Positions 63,133 to 64,000 of a stretch of 64,000 bases of DNA are shown one piece after another (the stretch's first letter is position 1; every line of letters starts with the position of its first letter). The notes beneath the pieces were generated by a model that was not told the DNA's origin, did not search any database, and was given only the letters and a program-made list of their open reading frames with translations. This stretch comes from Takakia lepidozioides (lineage: Eukaryota; Plantae; Bryophyta), in the NCBI GenBank assembly GCA_030704615.1, contig CM060732.1:24242001-24306000 (forward strand), given 5' to 3'. The position numbers were made by a program, and so were the translations under genes.

Positions 63133-63325
63133 GCACTCGGCTTTGTGGTAGCTGAAGCCAAGAGACAGGGAAAACGATTGATACTCACCTTCACCAATAA
63201 TTATTCTATCTTCGGTGGAAGACGCAATATGTGCAATGGCGAGCCAGTATGCTGGTATTCATCTGAATTCGGAGGATGGCGGCGTATGTGAAGAACTGGG
63301 ATTCTAACCATGTGTTGGAGCTGCA
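63133..63325 (+). pseudogene. Endo-beta-1,4-mannanase (GH5) pseudogene fragment
   Basis: Across frameshifts: ALGFVVAEAKRQGKRLILTFTNNYSIFGG / TQYVQW / ASQYAGIHLNSED / MAAYVKNWDSNHVLE, matching plant MAN motifs as I recall them; the WELMNEP catalytic segment is absent. Confidence 0.75.
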
Positions 63326-64000
63326 GGGAGGTAGCGTGGTGGCGTAGGGTCGCAAGCACGGGGTCGGGGACATTGGCTGGTAGGACAGCAACGGCAGTGG
63401 TAGCGCCGGCCGGGTAGAAGGCTGAACTGAAATGCTTGGTGTCAGTTGGAATGACCAGCAACCTTTCCCTCCAGCAAGTCCACCCAACATAGCTCAAAGA
63501 CAGAGGAGACCTGTGACCGAGATATGGAGTGAGTGGTTATCCAACCTTGAAGTTTGTGGCCAGTCTGAATGCTGTTGCTGCCCAACTTGGCCAGACACTC
63601 GGTACACGAGCTTGCAAAGCTGCAGGGAACATTGCAGACAAGTCCAACGGGGATGTTGCGGTGGATCAGTATACCGCTAGCGGGTATGCTTCTACATTGA
63701 ACATGATTGCTACTTGAATTGAGATAGTGCCTTGCCCTATCGGAGTATGCAGACCTATGCTCCAAGCTTCAACTAAATGACGAAGCTGATCTGGTTACTC
63801 TCTACTCTGTGGATAGTCCAACACAGTTGCCTTTGTCAATAAGCTCCTTCACCACTTCCACATTTGACACTAGGTCCGAAGATTGTCTGAAGAGAGAGCA
63901 AGTGCAGATGGCAGCTGCCCGCCAGGTTCTGACAGAGTATCATCAGGGCTTGTCCCTGCATTAGGGATGGCTCGAGTGCTTGCATCACGGGAAACAGATG

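Overview
Eukaryotic nuclear DNA from a land plant, probably a non-seed lineage (inferred from gene content; the species cannot be identified). The first ~25 kb is gene-rich. It holds the 3' end of a PLS-E-DYW PPR RNA-editing factor, a complete 21-exon TPLATE-complex WD40 gene (TWD40-2-like, 1271 aa by my exon model), a 5'-truncated RTEX-like LINE plus four dispersed 3'-end copies, psbO, a second PLS-PPR whose E2/DYW end has decayed, and an E/DYW relic. From ~25 kb the window is mostly transposon-derived: a hAT MITE inside a SINE-like element, a non-autonomous CACTA, a Copia fragment and solo LTR, a frameshifted fungal-effector-like secreted Cys-rich gene, and a nested stack (gypsy-like gag <- large CACTA <- two Ty3/gypsy elements). 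It ends in a GH5 mannanase relic. Three observations stand out. (1) A 13.4-kb Ty3/gypsy element has PBS, PPT, integrase and a perfect 5-bp TSD, but its two ~1-kb terminal repeats are INVERTED rather than direct. (2) A spliced CACTA TnpA-like gene carries an embedded FCP1/NIF HAD-phosphatase-like domain. (3) The small secreted Cys-rich protein gene may be horizontally acquired. All calls are by eye; no searches were run, and part of 49.6-56 kb looks indel-noisy.
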